DNA of 40,380 bases from Sphingobacteriaceae bacterium (GCA_025450155.1 JANWIB010000008.1:1-40380), one strand, 5' to 3'; shown: positions 16,191-25,725, numbered from the stretch's first letter. Program-made: numbers and translations. The notes: a model not told the origin generated them from the sequence alone.

Positions 16191-18554
16191 TCAATTTAAA
16201 TAAACATAGGTAATACCATCGCCTCCCCTGTCGGGATGCTCATCTTCCATACGGCTTACCTGCGAATATTTTCGCAAATAATCGCGAATCAGCTTACGTA
16301 GGATGCCATCTCCCTTGCCATGAATAACTTTCAGACTGGGAAAACCCATCATAATAGCTTTATCCAAGTATTTTTCTATCTCATATAAGGCTTCTTCCCC
16401 ACGCATTCCCCTTACATCAATTTCAGGATTGAATCGGGCAATGCTATCCCCTATCTGCGAAGCATAAGAACGGCGTACTTCTTTCGGCACTTCTTTTTTA
16501 GCGATTTTTTGCACACGCTTACGTTTCACTACCGAACGCAGGTCACCCATGGCAAGGATAACATTATCTTTTGCCATATCAATCACTTGCGCAACCGTAT
16601 CCGTATCCGTTAATTTCACCCAATCGCCCGCCGCCAATTCCGAGGTGTCTTCCTGAACCCCTTTGTTATACTCTTTTACCTGATTTTTCTGCAATTCCTG
16701 TTGCAAATTTTCACGAAGTTTTTGGGTTTTCTCTTTATCAGCTTTATGCTGCTTAATTTCAGAGATGGTATTTTCAATAACCTTGTTGGCATTCCGAATA
16801 ATATCCTGGGCCTCAAGTTTCGCCTCTTTCAGAATGGCTTTTTTATTTTCTTCGAGATAAGACTTCAGTTTTTCATTTTCCTCTAAAAGCGTTTTTATTT
16901 TTTGCTCTTGTTTTTCTACCCCTACCTGGCGTTCGAACAAGGCTTTTTTATCTCGCTCCAGATCAACTAAAAGTGTATCAACTTTTTTCTGTTGCTCGCC
17001 AATTTTATTTTTGGCCAGTTGCAATACTTGCTGTGGCAACCCAATTTTTTGGGCAATTTCAAAAGCATAAGAACTGCCAGGTTTGCCAGTTTCCAGGATA
17101 TAAAGTGGGCGCATTTCTAAATTATCGAACAGCATCGAAGCATTCTCCAAACCTTCGGTAGCGTTCGCAAAAACTTTTAAGTTAGAGTAATGAGTAGTTA
17201 CCATTCCCCGAATCTTTTTACGATTTAAAGCCTCCAGCACCGCCTCCGCAATTGGCCCACCAAATTGCGGATCGGTTCCTGTACCAAACTCATCGATCAA
17301 TACTAAGGTCTTGCTATTTGCCTGCTCCGTAAAGTATTTCATTTTAGAAAGATGGGCACTATAGGTACTTAAATCACTTTCAATGGATTGATCGTCGCCA
17401 ATATCAGCAAATACCTGTTTGAAAAGCCCCACTTTTGAATGCGGGTCAGCGGGGATAAGCAACCCGGCCTGCGTCATCATCTGCAGTAAACCCACAGTTT
17501 TCATAGCTACTGATTTCCCTCCGGCGTTAGGCCCTGAAACTACAATTACCCGTTGCTGTTCATCTATTTTAATATTCAGCGGAACCACAGTTTGATGCTC
17601 CCTTTTGAAATTTAAAAACAATAAGGGATGCCTTGCATTGAGTAGATTTAGTGATGCTTCGTTAACCAATTCGGGCATTTCGGCTTCTATTTCTAGAGCA
17701 AATAATGCCTTTGCCCGCACAAAATCTAGCTTAGTTAATATCCCATGATAAGCGAGCAGTAAAGGCACAAAAGGCCGTAGTTCGTCTGTTAAAACTGTTA
17801 GGATTTTTACAACCTCACGCCGCTTTTCAAATTCAAGATCCCGTATCTGGTTGTTTAAATCAAATACTTCTTCTGGCTCCATATAAACCGTTTGCCCCGA
17901 AGCGGATTCATCATGAATAAAGCCTTTCAGTTTTCGTTTATTTTCGGCCAGTAGCGGAATACAAAGGCGGCCATCGCGTACGGTTAAATTTCCATCGGCT
18001 GTCCAACCACTATTTTGAGCATTCTTAAAGATATGATCGATCTTCTTTCTTGCTTCCTGCTCTGCTTTAACTATTCCTCCAATAATTTCCTGCAATTCGG
18101 GTGATGCATTCGTTTTAATTTTCCCTTTTACATCAATTACCCGTTCAATTTTTATAAGAATGCTTTTTTCAATAGGAAGATGCTCAAAAAGCGCTTCGAG
18201 GTTTGGATACTGCCCTTCACGCTCATTAAAATAATGGATAACTGAAAATACCGTATTTAAAGAAAGAAAGATATGAAAAAACTCCTCTTCTATCAAAAAA
18301 GCGCCTTCTATCCGGGCTTTTTCTGCGAGTGTTTTGATATTATACAAATGCTGAATGGGCAATGGCACATCATTCTGCAATATGTTTACAAATTCGTGTG
18401 TTTGTCTTAAGAATTTGCCGATTTGATCAAAATGAGTCATTACCTGTATGCGGTCAACCATTTGCTGCCCCATTTCGCTAAGGCAATAACCCTTTATTAA
18501 TGCCTTTATCTCGGTAAAGCCTAATTTTTCGCTTGCATTTTCCGGATAGATCAT
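16191..18554 (-). CDS. mutS2: Endonuclease MutS2 (MutS ATPase plus C-terminal Smr domain)
   Basis: Walker A GPNAGGKS, Walker B LVLIDEFGTGTD, and a C-terminal Smr domain (IDVRGMRGEEA...VIHGKGDGILR). Confidence 0.95.
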   Translation of the reverse strand: MIYPENASEKLGFTEIKALIKGYCLSEMGQQMVDRIQVMTHFDQIGKFLRQTHEFVNILQNDVPLPIQHLYNIKTLAEKARIEGAFLIEEEFFHIFLSLNTVFSVIHYFNEREGQYPNLEALFEHLPIEKSILIKIERVIDVKGKIKTNASPELQEIIGGIVKAEQEARKKIDHIFKNAQNSGWTADGNLTVRDGRLCIPLLAENKRKLKGFIHDESASGQTVYMEPEEVFDLNNQIRDLEFEKRREVVKILTVLTDELRPFVPLLLAYHGILTKLDFVRAKALFALEIEAEMPELVNEASLNLLNARHPLLFLNFKREHQTVVPLNIKIDEQQRVIVVSGPNAGGKSVAMKTVGLLQMMTQAGLLIPADPHSKVGLFKQVFADIGDDQSIESDLSTYSAHLSKMKYFTEQANSKTLVLIDEFGTGTDPQFGGPIAEAVLEALNRKKIRGMVTTHYSNLKVFANATEGLENASMLFDNLEMRPLYILETGKPGSSYAFEIAQKIGLPQQVLQLAKNKIGEQQKKVDTLLVDLERDKKALFERQVGVEKQEQKIKTLLEENEKLKSYLEENKKAILKEAKLEAQDIIRNANKVIENTISEIKQHKADKEKTQKLRENLQQELQKNQVKEYNKGVQEDTSELAAGDWVKLTDTDTVAQVIDMAKDNVILAMGDLRSVVKRKRVQKIAKKEVPKEVRRSYASQIGDSIARFNPEIDVRGMRGEEALYEIEKYLDKAIMMGFPSLKVIHGKGDGILRKLIRDYLRKYSQVSRMEDEHPDRGGDGITYVYLN

Positions 18555-19073
18555 CTACTTTCTCTGCCCTTTATTTCTATTCCTTAGAATCATTAATTTC
18601 CTCTTCTTCAATGCTTCCTGCAATTCTTTCTTTTTAATACTATCTGTCTTTACGCTATCCTGAAGTATTTTTTTCTGATCCTTTTTGTTCTTTTTTATAC
18701 TATCCTGTTGAGATTTCTTTTCCTTTTTAGCTTTTTCATCAAGCCTTTTCTGCTCAGCCTTTTGCAACTTTTTCAAAGTTCTAGTTACCTGAGTATAAAT
18801 CTCCTGCATTTTTTCAGGATAATTGGAGTAATAGGCCATGCTCTTTTTAAACTGTGCCGCATTGGTTTGATACTTTTTATATACAGATTGATATAAAACG
18901 GGCGTTTTTATTTGAGCAGAATCTGTTGCCATTGTACTGGCATAACCATCAACAAGGTGGATATCCGTTAACACATTAGCCATTTTTTCTTTAGACAAGA
19001 TTCCTTCGGGTGTCTTTTCAGAACAACCAAGAAAAAAAAACAGGGGAAACAACACAGGTATTAAGCGCTTCAT
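18555..19073 (-). CDS. DUF4296-like lipoprotein
   Basis: Lipoprotein signal (LFFFLGC-SEK), then MANVLTDIHLVDGY...YQSVYKKY, typical of DUF4296, and a K-rich tail. The stop codon abuts the mutS2 start with no spacer. Confidence 0.6.
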   Translation of the reverse strand: MKRLIPVLFPLFFFLGCSEKTPEGILSKEKMANVLTDIHLVDGYASTMATDSAQIKTPVLYQSVYKKYQTNAAQFKKSMAYYSNYPEKMQEIYTQVTRTLKKLQKAEQKRLDEKAKKEKKSQQDSIKKNKKDQKKILQDSVKTDSIKKKELQEALKKRKLMILRNRNKGQRK

Positions 19074-19112
19074 TCGTAATTTAGCCGATGATTTTGGGTA
19101 AAATTACAATAA

Positions 19113-19802
19113 ATGAGTATTGCAGCCAACTTAATAGCGCTAAAGGAAGAAGTAGAAAAATTAAATGTTAAACTGATTGCCGTTTCCAAAACCAAATCTG
19201 TACAAGAAATCAGGGAGGCTTATGATGCCGGGCAGCGTGTATTTGGAGAAAATACGGTTCAGGAACTGGTTGAAAAGCAGGAGAAATTACCTAAAGATAT
19301 TGAGTGGCATCTCATCGGCCACCTTCAATCCAATAAAGTAAAATATATTGCTCCTTTTATTAACCTGATCCATTCGGTAGATAGTCTGAAACTTTTACAG
19401 GAAATTGATAAACAGGGGGCAAAAAACAACCGTATTATTGATTGCCTGCTGCAAATTTATGTGGCCGATGAGGAAACTAAATTTGGATTGGGATATGACG
19501 AGGCTATAGAGCTTTTACGTTCTGATGAATATACCCGGATGAAAAACATCCGCATCGTGGGTGTTATGGGAATAGCGACTAATACAGAAAATCCAAAGCA
19601 GATTAAAGAGGAGTTTTATGAACTTTTTACATTTTTTAATGGCTTAAAGCAAAGTTTTTTTAGAAAAAACGACTCTTTTAAAGAAATATCCATGGGAATG
19701 TCCAGCGATTATAAATTAGCCATCGAGCAAGGAAGCACGATGGTAAGAATAGGCAGTGCCCTATTTGGAAAACGGGTAATACCACACTGGAAAAATAATT
19801 AG
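19113..19802 (+). CDS. yggS: YggS-family pyridoxal-phosphate homeostasis protein
   Basis: KLIAVSKTK (PLP lysine), FGENTVQE, HLIGHLQSNK and MGMSSDY motifs. Length is 229 aa. Confidence 0.9.
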   Translation: MSIAANLIALKEEVEKLNVKLIAVSKTKSVQEIREAYDAGQRVFGENTVQELVEKQEKLPKDIEWHLIGHLQSNKVKYIAPFINLIHSVDSLKLLQEIDKQGAKNNRIIDCLLQIYVADEETKFGLGYDEAIELLRSDEYTRMKNIRIVGVMGIATNTENPKQIKEEFYELFTFFNGLKQSFFRKNDSFKEISMGMSSDYKLAIEQGSTMVRIGSALFGKRVIPHWKNN

Positions 19803-19828
19803 AATTTAGAAACACGAAATAAGAAGAA

Positions 19829-19869
19829 AGAAACAAGAGGTAAACTAAAAACTCCTGACTCTTGTTTCT
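19829..19869 (+). terminator. Long stem-loop downstream of yggS (11-bp perfect stem AGAAACAAGAG / CTCTTGTTTCT, 19-nt loop)
   Basis: Read directly from the sequence. A T-rich tail follows (TTGGTTCTT). The flanks extend the pairing imperfectly (AATAAGAAG with CTTATATCTTATT). Confidence 0.4.
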
Positions 19870-19893
19870 TGGTTCTTATATCTTATTAAAAAC

Positions 19894-20361
19894 ATGCAAC
19901 CAACTATTCGAGAAGCAAAAAAAGAAGATTGTATCCGTTTATTAGAGCTAGTACATGAATTAGCTATTTATGAAAAGGCTCCGGGTGAAGTTACAGTAAC
20001 ATTAAAAGAGTTTCAAGATGCTGGTTTTGGAGAAAGGCCTGTATGGAAAGCCTTTGTAGCCGAAGTTGATGGCACGATTGAAGCTTTTGCCTTATATTAT
20101 ATCCGGTATTCTACCTGGAAAGGCTGTCGTATGTATCTGGAAGATTTTATTGTAACCGAGAAAATGCGCAATAAGGGTATTGGAAAGGCGCTTTTTGAAG
20201 CGGTTATCCGCGAAGCGAAAGAGAAGGGATTTAACGGAATGACCTGGCAGGTGTTAGATTGGAACGAACCGGCCCTTAAATTTTATAAAAAATACAATGC
20301 CAGTTTAGAATCCGAATGGCTGAATGCATCGCTGAGTAAGGAGCAATTAAGTAATTACTGA
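19894..20361 (+). CDS. GNAT N-acetyltransferase, spermidine/spermine (diamine) N-acetyltransferase-like
   Basis: The N-terminus IREAKKEDCIRLLELVHELAIYEKAPGEV...DAGFGERP parallels eukaryotic SAT1/SAT2. The acetyl-CoA motif RNKGIGKALF is present. Confidence 0.8.
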   Translation: MQPTIREAKKEDCIRLLELVHELAIYEKAPGEVTVTLKEFQDAGFGERPVWKAFVAEVDGTIEAFALYYIRYSTWKGCRMYLEDFIVTEKMRNKGIGKALFEAVIREAKEKGFNGMTWQVLDWNEPALKFYKKYNASLESEWLNASLSKEQLSNY

Positions 20362-20371
20362 TATTTATAAA

Positions 20372-21640
20372 ATGATAGAAGTTTTTAAGTTTGGTGGCGC
20401 ATCCGTAAAAGATGCAGGTGGTGTTAAAAATCTGGCAAATATCATCAAACTAAATCTGGACAAAAAACTTCTCATTGTGGTTTCTGCTATGGGTAAAACT
20501 ACCAATAACTTAGAAGCATTAACCAAAGCATACATTAATCAAACAAAAGATATTCATCCGATTTTCTCGTCAATAAAAGCGTATCATGAGGCAATTTTGA
20601 ATGATCTTTTTGATGATAAAAATCACCCGGCTTTTGATGAAATTGCCAATACCTTTGTAGAAATAGACTGGATAATTGAAGAAGAACCCAATGAGGATAC
20701 TGACTACATCTACGATCAGATTGTTTCTATAGGCGAATTGGTGTCAACTAAAATTGTCAGCGCTTATTTAAACCATTCAGGAATTTTCAATACCTGGTTG
20801 GATGCCCGAAGTTTTATTCATACGGATAATACCTATCGGGAAGGGCAAGTAGATTGGGACAGAACTTGCAGTGCTATTCAAGGACAGCTTCCTCAAATTT
20901 TATCGGACACTATTGGCATAACTCAGGGTTTTATCGGCGGCACTTCTGAAAATTACACCACTACGCTTGGTCGCGAAGGCTCCGATTATTCCGCAGCCAT
21001 TTTTGCTTCCTGCCTACATGCAGATGCGGTTACCATATGGAAAGATGTTCCAGGGGTATTAAATGCCGATCCTAAATTATTTCCAAAAACGACTAAATAC
21101 GATGAATTATCGTATGCTGAAGCGTTGGAGATGACTTATTATGGAGCAACGGTCATTCATCCGAAAACCATCAAACCACTTCGTAATGCAAATATCCCCT
21201 TAAAGGTTAAGCCCTTTCTTGCTCCAACAGAGCCTGGAACTATTGTAAAAGATGAAGCTCAAATACCAGCAGAAATACCCGCATTAATTGTAAAAGAAAA
21301 CCAGGTTCTGGCATCTTTCTCTACTAAAGATTTTTCTTTTATCACCGAAAACCATTTGAGTGAAATTTTTAGAATTTTTGCTAAAAAGAACATTAAGATA
21401 AATACGATGCAGATTTCGGCTATTAGTTTCTCTGCTTGTTTTGATTTTGAAGAAGCAAAGTTCAACCGATTGCAAGAGGCTTTTCAATTGGAGTATAGCA
21501 TCAAATATAACACGGATTTACAATTGATAACTGTTCGTCACTTTAAAAAAGAGCTTATCGACGAAATCATACACGATAAGGTTGTTTTGTTAGAACAGTT
21601 CAGCCGAAATACAGCGCAACTGGTCCTTAAAAGTCATTAA
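20372..21640 (+). CDS. lysC: Monofunctional aspartate kinase with C-terminal ACT region
   Basis: KFGGASV, VVSAMGKTTN, LGREGSDYSA and VIHPKTI motifs. Length is 422 aa. Confidence 0.9.
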   Translation: MIEVFKFGGASVKDAGGVKNLANIIKLNLDKKLLIVVSAMGKTTNNLEALTKAYINQTKDIHPIFSSIKAYHEAILNDLFDDKNHPAFDEIANTFVEIDWIIEEEPNEDTDYIYDQIVSIGELVSTKIVSAYLNHSGIFNTWLDARSFIHTDNTYREGQVDWDRTCSAIQGQLPQILSDTIGITQGFIGGTSENYTTTLGREGSDYSAAIFASCLHADAVTIWKDVPGVLNADPKLFPKTTKYDELSYAEALEMTYYGATVIHPKTIKPLRNANIPLKVKPFLAPTEPGTIVKDEAQIPAEIPALIVKENQVLASFSTKDFSFITENHLSEIFRIFAKKNIKINTMQISAISFSACFDFEEAKFNRLQEAFQLEYSIKYNTDLQLITVRHFKKELIDEIIHDKVVLLEQFSRNTAQLVLKSH

Positions 21641-22819
21641 TTGAATCCGGCTATTTTACATCAGGAAGTTCAGGCTTATATTCATGAACACATCAATGAA
21701 GACATCAATCGCGTTATTTTAAGCAAAAGTCCTTTTCCCACTATTACATCTAAAGAATTAGCCGAACAGATAGAGAGTAAAAGAAGTGCTGAAAAGAAAC
21801 TTCCAACCTGGTATAATACACCGGGTATTTATTTCCCGCCCAAATTATCCATTGAACAAAGCTCTTCCGAAGAAACAGCAAATTATAAATCTACATTGGT
21901 AAAAGGCGAAAAATTGATTGATTTAACTGGTGGAATTGGTGTAGACAGCTATTATTTTGCTAAAAAAGTACGGAGCGTTATTCATTGCGAAATAAATTCG
22001 CAGCTTTCTGAAATTGCGGCCTATAATGCCAAGGTGTTAAAAAGTGATACTATCACATTTGTTAATGGCGATGGATTAGCTTACCTCAAAAATACTTCTC
22101 AGCTTTTTGATACGATTTATATTGACCCTTCCCGGCGGCTTAAAAGCCAAAAAGTCTTTTTATTAAAAGATTGTGAACCGGATGTGATATCGAACCTGGA
22201 TATCTTATTAGCTAAAGCTGATCGGGTGATTATTAAGACATCTCCGCTTCTAGATATTCAATCTGGATTGAAAGAATTGAAAAACGTACGTTCAGTTCAC
22301 GTAATCAGTGTTAAAAATGATTGTAAAGAACTTGTATGGATTATTGAAAGGGACTTTTATGAAGAACCTGAAATAATTTGTGCCGCTATCAATGATAAGG
22401 AAATCCAGAAATTCTCTTTTCTCTTATCCGAAGAGAAGTTAGCAGAGCCAGACTCCTACTCTCTTCCTCAGAAATACCTGTACGAACCTGATGTAGCCTT
22501 ATTAAAGGCTGGTTGTTTTAAACTCATTACTAAAAAATTTGACTTGAAAAAGTTACATGTCAATACACACTTATACACTTCTAATGAAGTTAAAAATCAA
22601 TTTATTGGCCGAAAATTTAAAATCATAGTAAGCCAGAATTATAAAAGCTTTATAAAAAACAATACGTTAATTAAAGCCAATATTATTGTGCGGAATTTTC
22701 CTCTATCGGCAGCAGAAATTAAAAAGAAGCATAAATTACAAGACGGCGGCGATGATTATCTACTATTTACAACCGGGCCAAACGGAGAACTATTGGCAAT
22801 ACATGCCGATCGGATATAA
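21641..22819 (+). CDS. Class I SAM-dependent methyltransferase with THUMP-like C-terminal region
   Basis: SAM motif I LIDLTGGIGVDSYYFA and post-I IHCEIN. The TTG start sits immediately after the lysC stop. No in-frame ATG occurs in the first ~100 codons. Confidence 0.7.
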   Translation: MNPAILHQEVQAYIHEHINEDINRVILSKSPFPTITSKELAEQIESKRSAEKKLPTWYNTPGIYFPPKLSIEQSSSEETANYKSTLVKGEKLIDLTGGIGVDSYYFAKKVRSVIHCEINSQLSEIAAYNAKVLKSDTITFVNGDGLAYLKNTSQLFDTIYIDPSRRLKSQKVFLLKDCEPDVISNLDILLAKADRVIIKTSPLLDIQSGLKELKNVRSVHVISVKNDCKELVWIIERDFYEEPEIICAAINDKEIQKFSFLLSEEKLAEPDSYSLPQKYLYEPDVALLKAGCFKLITKKFDLKKLHVNTHLYTSNEVKNQFIGRKFKIIVSQNYKSFIKNNTLIKANIIVRNFPLSAAEIKKKHKLQDGGDDYLLFTTGPNGELLAIHADRI

Positions 22820-22852
22820 AAAAAGGCGCTGTATTTTGCAGCACCTTTTTTG
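22818..22852. terminator. Bidirectional terminator between the methyltransferase and csp genes
   Basis: AAAAAAA-GGCGCTG-tatttt-CAGCACC-TTTTTT, with one C-A mismatch in the stem. The flanking genes are convergent. Confidence 0.55.
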
Positions 22853-22871
22853 TTTGTATGGTTAAAAAATC

Positions 22872-23069
22872 TTAAACTTTTCTCACATTAACGGCCTGTA
22901 AACCTTTGCGTCCTTCTTCCACTTCAAATTCTACATCATCATTATCACGCAGTCCGTTTACTCCGCCCTGAACATCTTTAAAATGTACGAAAATCTCTTT
23001 TCCATCTTCCCGTACAATAAAACCATAACCTTTTTGGCTGTTAAACCATTTTACTTTTCCAGTTTCCAT
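22872..23069 (-). CDS. Cold-shock protein (CspA family)
   Basis: METGKVKWFNSQKGYGFI (RNP1) and VHF (RNP2). Length is 65 aa. Confidence 0.95.
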   Translation of the reverse strand: METGKVKWFNSQKGYGFIVREDGKEIFVHFKDVQGGVNGLRDNDDVEFEVEEGRKGLQAVNVRKV

Positions 23070-23162
23070 AAAATTGTATTAAATATTTGCTTATAAGTTG
23101 TTTATGTGAAAAGCTAAATGATGTTTTGATCAAACAGCAGACTAAATAACTATAAACTTATT

Positions 23163-23170
23163 CAAATATA
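23163..23170 (-). promoter_or_regulatory. Candidate -7 box TATATTTG (TAnnTTTG) for the csp gene
   Basis: CAAATATA on the plus strand. It implies a leader of roughly 85 nt, in line with the long 5' UTRs typical of csp genes. Confidence 0.35.
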
Positions 23171-23202
23171 TATATTAATTCCAAATATGAAATACCGAAA
23201 AA

Positions 23203-23838
23203 TTATTTATTTGGTTGTGGAGTCATTCTCAAATAAGGTTTAATTTCCCTAAATCCTTTTGGAAATTTAGCCGGAATATCCTCTGTTTTTATAGCCGGTA
23301 CAACCACAACATCCTCCCCTTCTTTCCAGTCTGCCGGAGTAGCAACACTATAATTGGCAGTAAGTTGCAGCGAATCTATTACCCGCAAGATTTCCTGGAA
23401 ATTACGCCCGGTTGATGCAGGATAAGTAATAATCAGTTTAACTGTTTTATCGGGCGCAATAATAAATAATGAACGAACTGTGGCCGTAGCAGAGGCATTG
23501 GGATGTATCATGTCATACAGTTCAGAAACTTTCCTGTCAGGGTCTGCAATAATCGGAAAATCAACTTCTACATGTTGTGTTTCATTGATATCCTTAATCC
23601 AACCCCGGTGAGACTCAATTGGATCTACACTTAAGGCTAAAACCTTAACATTGCGTTTTTGAAATTCATTTTTAAGAGAAGCGGTTCTTCCTAATTCTGT
23701 TGTACAAACAGGGGTATAATCAGCAGGATGAGAAAATAAAACAGCCCAGCTGTCTCCTAAATAATCATAGAAATCAATCTGGCCAACAGAAGTAAGGGCC
23801 TGAAAATTTGGTGCGATATCGCCTAAACGTAAGCTCAT
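23203..23838 (-). CDS. 1-Cys peroxiredoxin (Prx6 type)
   Basis: Active site DYTPVCTTELG. Length is 211 aa, with the Prx6-type C-terminal extension. Confidence 0.93.
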   Translation of the reverse strand: MSLRLGDIAPNFQALTSVGQIDFYDYLGDSWAVLFSHPADYTPVCTTELGRTASLKNEFQKRNVKVLALSVDPIESHRGWIKDINETQHVEVDFPIIADPDRKVSELYDMIHPNASATATVRSLFIIAPDKTVKLIITYPASTGRNFQEILRVIDSLQLTANYSVATPADWKEGEDVVVVPAIKTEDIPAKFPKGFREIKPYLRMTPQPNK

Positions 23839-23912
23839 AATTATAAAATTAAGGGGTTAATAAATTTAATTACCTACTAAGTTAGTAGGAATAGTATTTA
23901 GTAAGATAGTTT

Positions 23913-24827
23913 TTATGTAAATAATTGGTTCTTGCTAATAAACTTCGGAAGTCCTAAAGATGTTCCAAGTTTTTCATTAAATTTTTTAATGGTATAATCG
24001 GCAAGTATGGGAGTATCTTTTTCATCGTGCTGATGCAGGAAGAAATAAACAGATTCTACCCCTTTGTTTATCCATTCATAAAGCCGTTCAACCCATTCGT
24101 CAATTCTGGTATAATCAGTAGCATGTAATCCATTTCCAACAAAACGAATAAACGCTTTTGAAACGGGAAGCTCCATATGCACACAATCCCTCCTTCCGCT
24201 GGTGTCTGTTATTACGGCTCCTTTCTTTAATTTATGAAGCATTTCAAAAAAATCTTTCCTAATAGCTTGATTTTCCAACCAGTCTTTATGCCTTACTTCA
24301 ACAAATAGCTCTATATCCTGCGGAAAATTCTCGAGATATGATTTTAAGACCTGAAAATTTTTGGCATCAAAACTCTCACTCAATTGCAAAAAAACAGGAC
24401 CCAGGAATTCTCCAAATTCATAAATACTTTCTAAATACCGGTTGGTATCCTCATCAACATTTTTTAAGCGCTTAATATGACTAATATTTCTGCTTATTTT
24501 AGGGCAGAATTTAAAGTCATTTCTCACTTCAGCTTTTTTTCTCCAGGCCTGTATCTGCTCTTTTCTGGGAATACCATAAAAAATAGCATTCAGTTCGATA
24601 CTGTTAAAATGTTTTACATATTCATCCAGAAAATTAGATTCTTTGGTTTTTTCAGGATAAATCATTCCAACCCAGTCTTTCCTGCCCCACTTGGCGCATC
24701 CGACATAAATAGCAGGATTAGAAACTCTTTCTTTTTTGTTTAAAGCCGTTTGAGTGATTAAGCCATCAATTGGTAAGGTAAAATCTACCTCAGCCAACTG
24801 ATTTACCGGAACAAAGCCAAAGTCCAT
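23913..24827 (-). CDS. DUF72 (YecE-like) protein
   Basis: Contains YVGCAKWGRKDW...YVKHFNSIELNAIFY...FLQL...FVEVRH, the typical DUF72 layout. Length is 304 aa. Confidence 0.8.
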   Translation of the reverse strand: MDFGFVPVNQLAEVDFTLPIDGLITQTALNKKERVSNPAIYVGCAKWGRKDWVGMIYPEKTKESNFLDEYVKHFNSIELNAIFYGIPRKEQIQAWRKKAEVRNDFKFCPKISRNISHIKRLKNVDEDTNRYLESIYEFGEFLGPVFLQLSESFDAKNFQVLKSYLENFPQDIELFVEVRHKDWLENQAIRKDFFEMLHKLKKGAVITDTSGRRDCVHMELPVSKAFIRFVGNGLHATDYTRIDEWVERLYEWINKGVESVYFFLHQHDEKDTPILADYTIKKFNEKLGTSLGLPKFISKNQLFT

Positions 24828-24873
24828 ATTAATTTAATTAGATACAGTAATACAACTAGAAATGACCCTTGTT

Positions 24874-25680
24874 TTAAGGTAAGTCTCCCTGAGGAAGCCA
24901 TTCAATGCGATCATCACTCGTATAGTGTCCAACAGGAAATTCAATCTCTACAGATTTGATATTTCCCAGTTCTAATTGTACCGGCGTTAAGTGTTTATTC
25001 AGAGCCATAAGAATTATACGACTCACTCTCCAACTAGCAAATCCTTCCGCCAGATTATTCTCAATCTTCCACCGGCGAATACGTTTGAGAAACATGATTT
25101 TATTCGCTTCGCTACATAAAAGTTCTAATATCGCATGTTTAATCTCCTTTAAAGTCTTATTTGGTTTGGCTTTACTTTCTTCATCGAAAGCCAAACGTAC
25201 GGAACACCGCCTGAAATATCTTTGATCTTTACACCGATGTACCAGTAGCCCCAAACCGTTCAACTTAAATGGAAGTCTGCTGAAAATATACCACAATTGC
25301 AAGGCCCTAACCAGATTTAGTATAATGGGTATTCCATAAGTGGTACCCAAAGCGATCAGGAAAGTTTGCCATCCCCAGGGTATATATCGTTCAAGAATAT
25401 CTTTAAAATCAAACATCTGTGGGGTAAAATAGAGCATATTGGCCATAAAAAAGCCCATCATCATATATAAATTAGGGTAGCTGAGAAAAAAACTGCTCAT
25501 TTTATAGAAATCCAAAAAACTCAGGCGATCGTTATCATCATAATAATAAGCGTCCTCACGTTTTTTTCTGGAGGCTTCCTCGGCTGCTTCCTTTTCATAG
25601 TATTTCCTCTCTTTTTCATGTTGCTCCGAAATTTTAGAGGTTTCTTCTTTTAGTTTGCTTAATACCTTAGAGGAACTCAT
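24874..25680 (-). CDS. Uncharacterised membrane protein (charged N-terminal tail, about 3 TM helices, soluble C-terminal domain)
   Basis: The 268 aa protein has a K/E-rich N-terminus, then hydrophobic helices (SSFFLSYPNLYMMMGFFMANMLYF and WQTFLIALGTTYGIPIILNLV), then a basic C-terminal domain. No family recognised. Confidence 0.6.
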   Translation of the reverse strand: MSSSKVLSKLKEETSKISEQHEKERKYYEKEAAEEASRKKREDAYYYDDNDRLSFLDFYKMSSFFLSYPNLYMMMGFFMANMLYFTPQMFDFKDILERYIPWGWQTFLIALGTTYGIPIILNLVRALQLWYIFSRLPFKLNGLGLLVHRCKDQRYFRRCSVRLAFDEESKAKPNKTLKEIKHAILELLCSEANKIMFLKRIRRWKIENNLAEGFASWRVSRIILMALNKHLTPVQLELGNIKSVEIEFPVGHYTSDDRIEWLPQGDLP

Positions 25681-25725
25681 TTTCTCTATTCATAGAATGG
25701 ATCAAAACCAATAGGTCAATATACG

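Noticed and set aside
19894-21640. GNAT plus aspartate kinase as a remnant ectoine (ectA-ask) cluster
   Set aside because: No ectB or ectC homologs are adjacent. The GNAT resembles SSAT-type diamine acetyltransferases rather than EctA.
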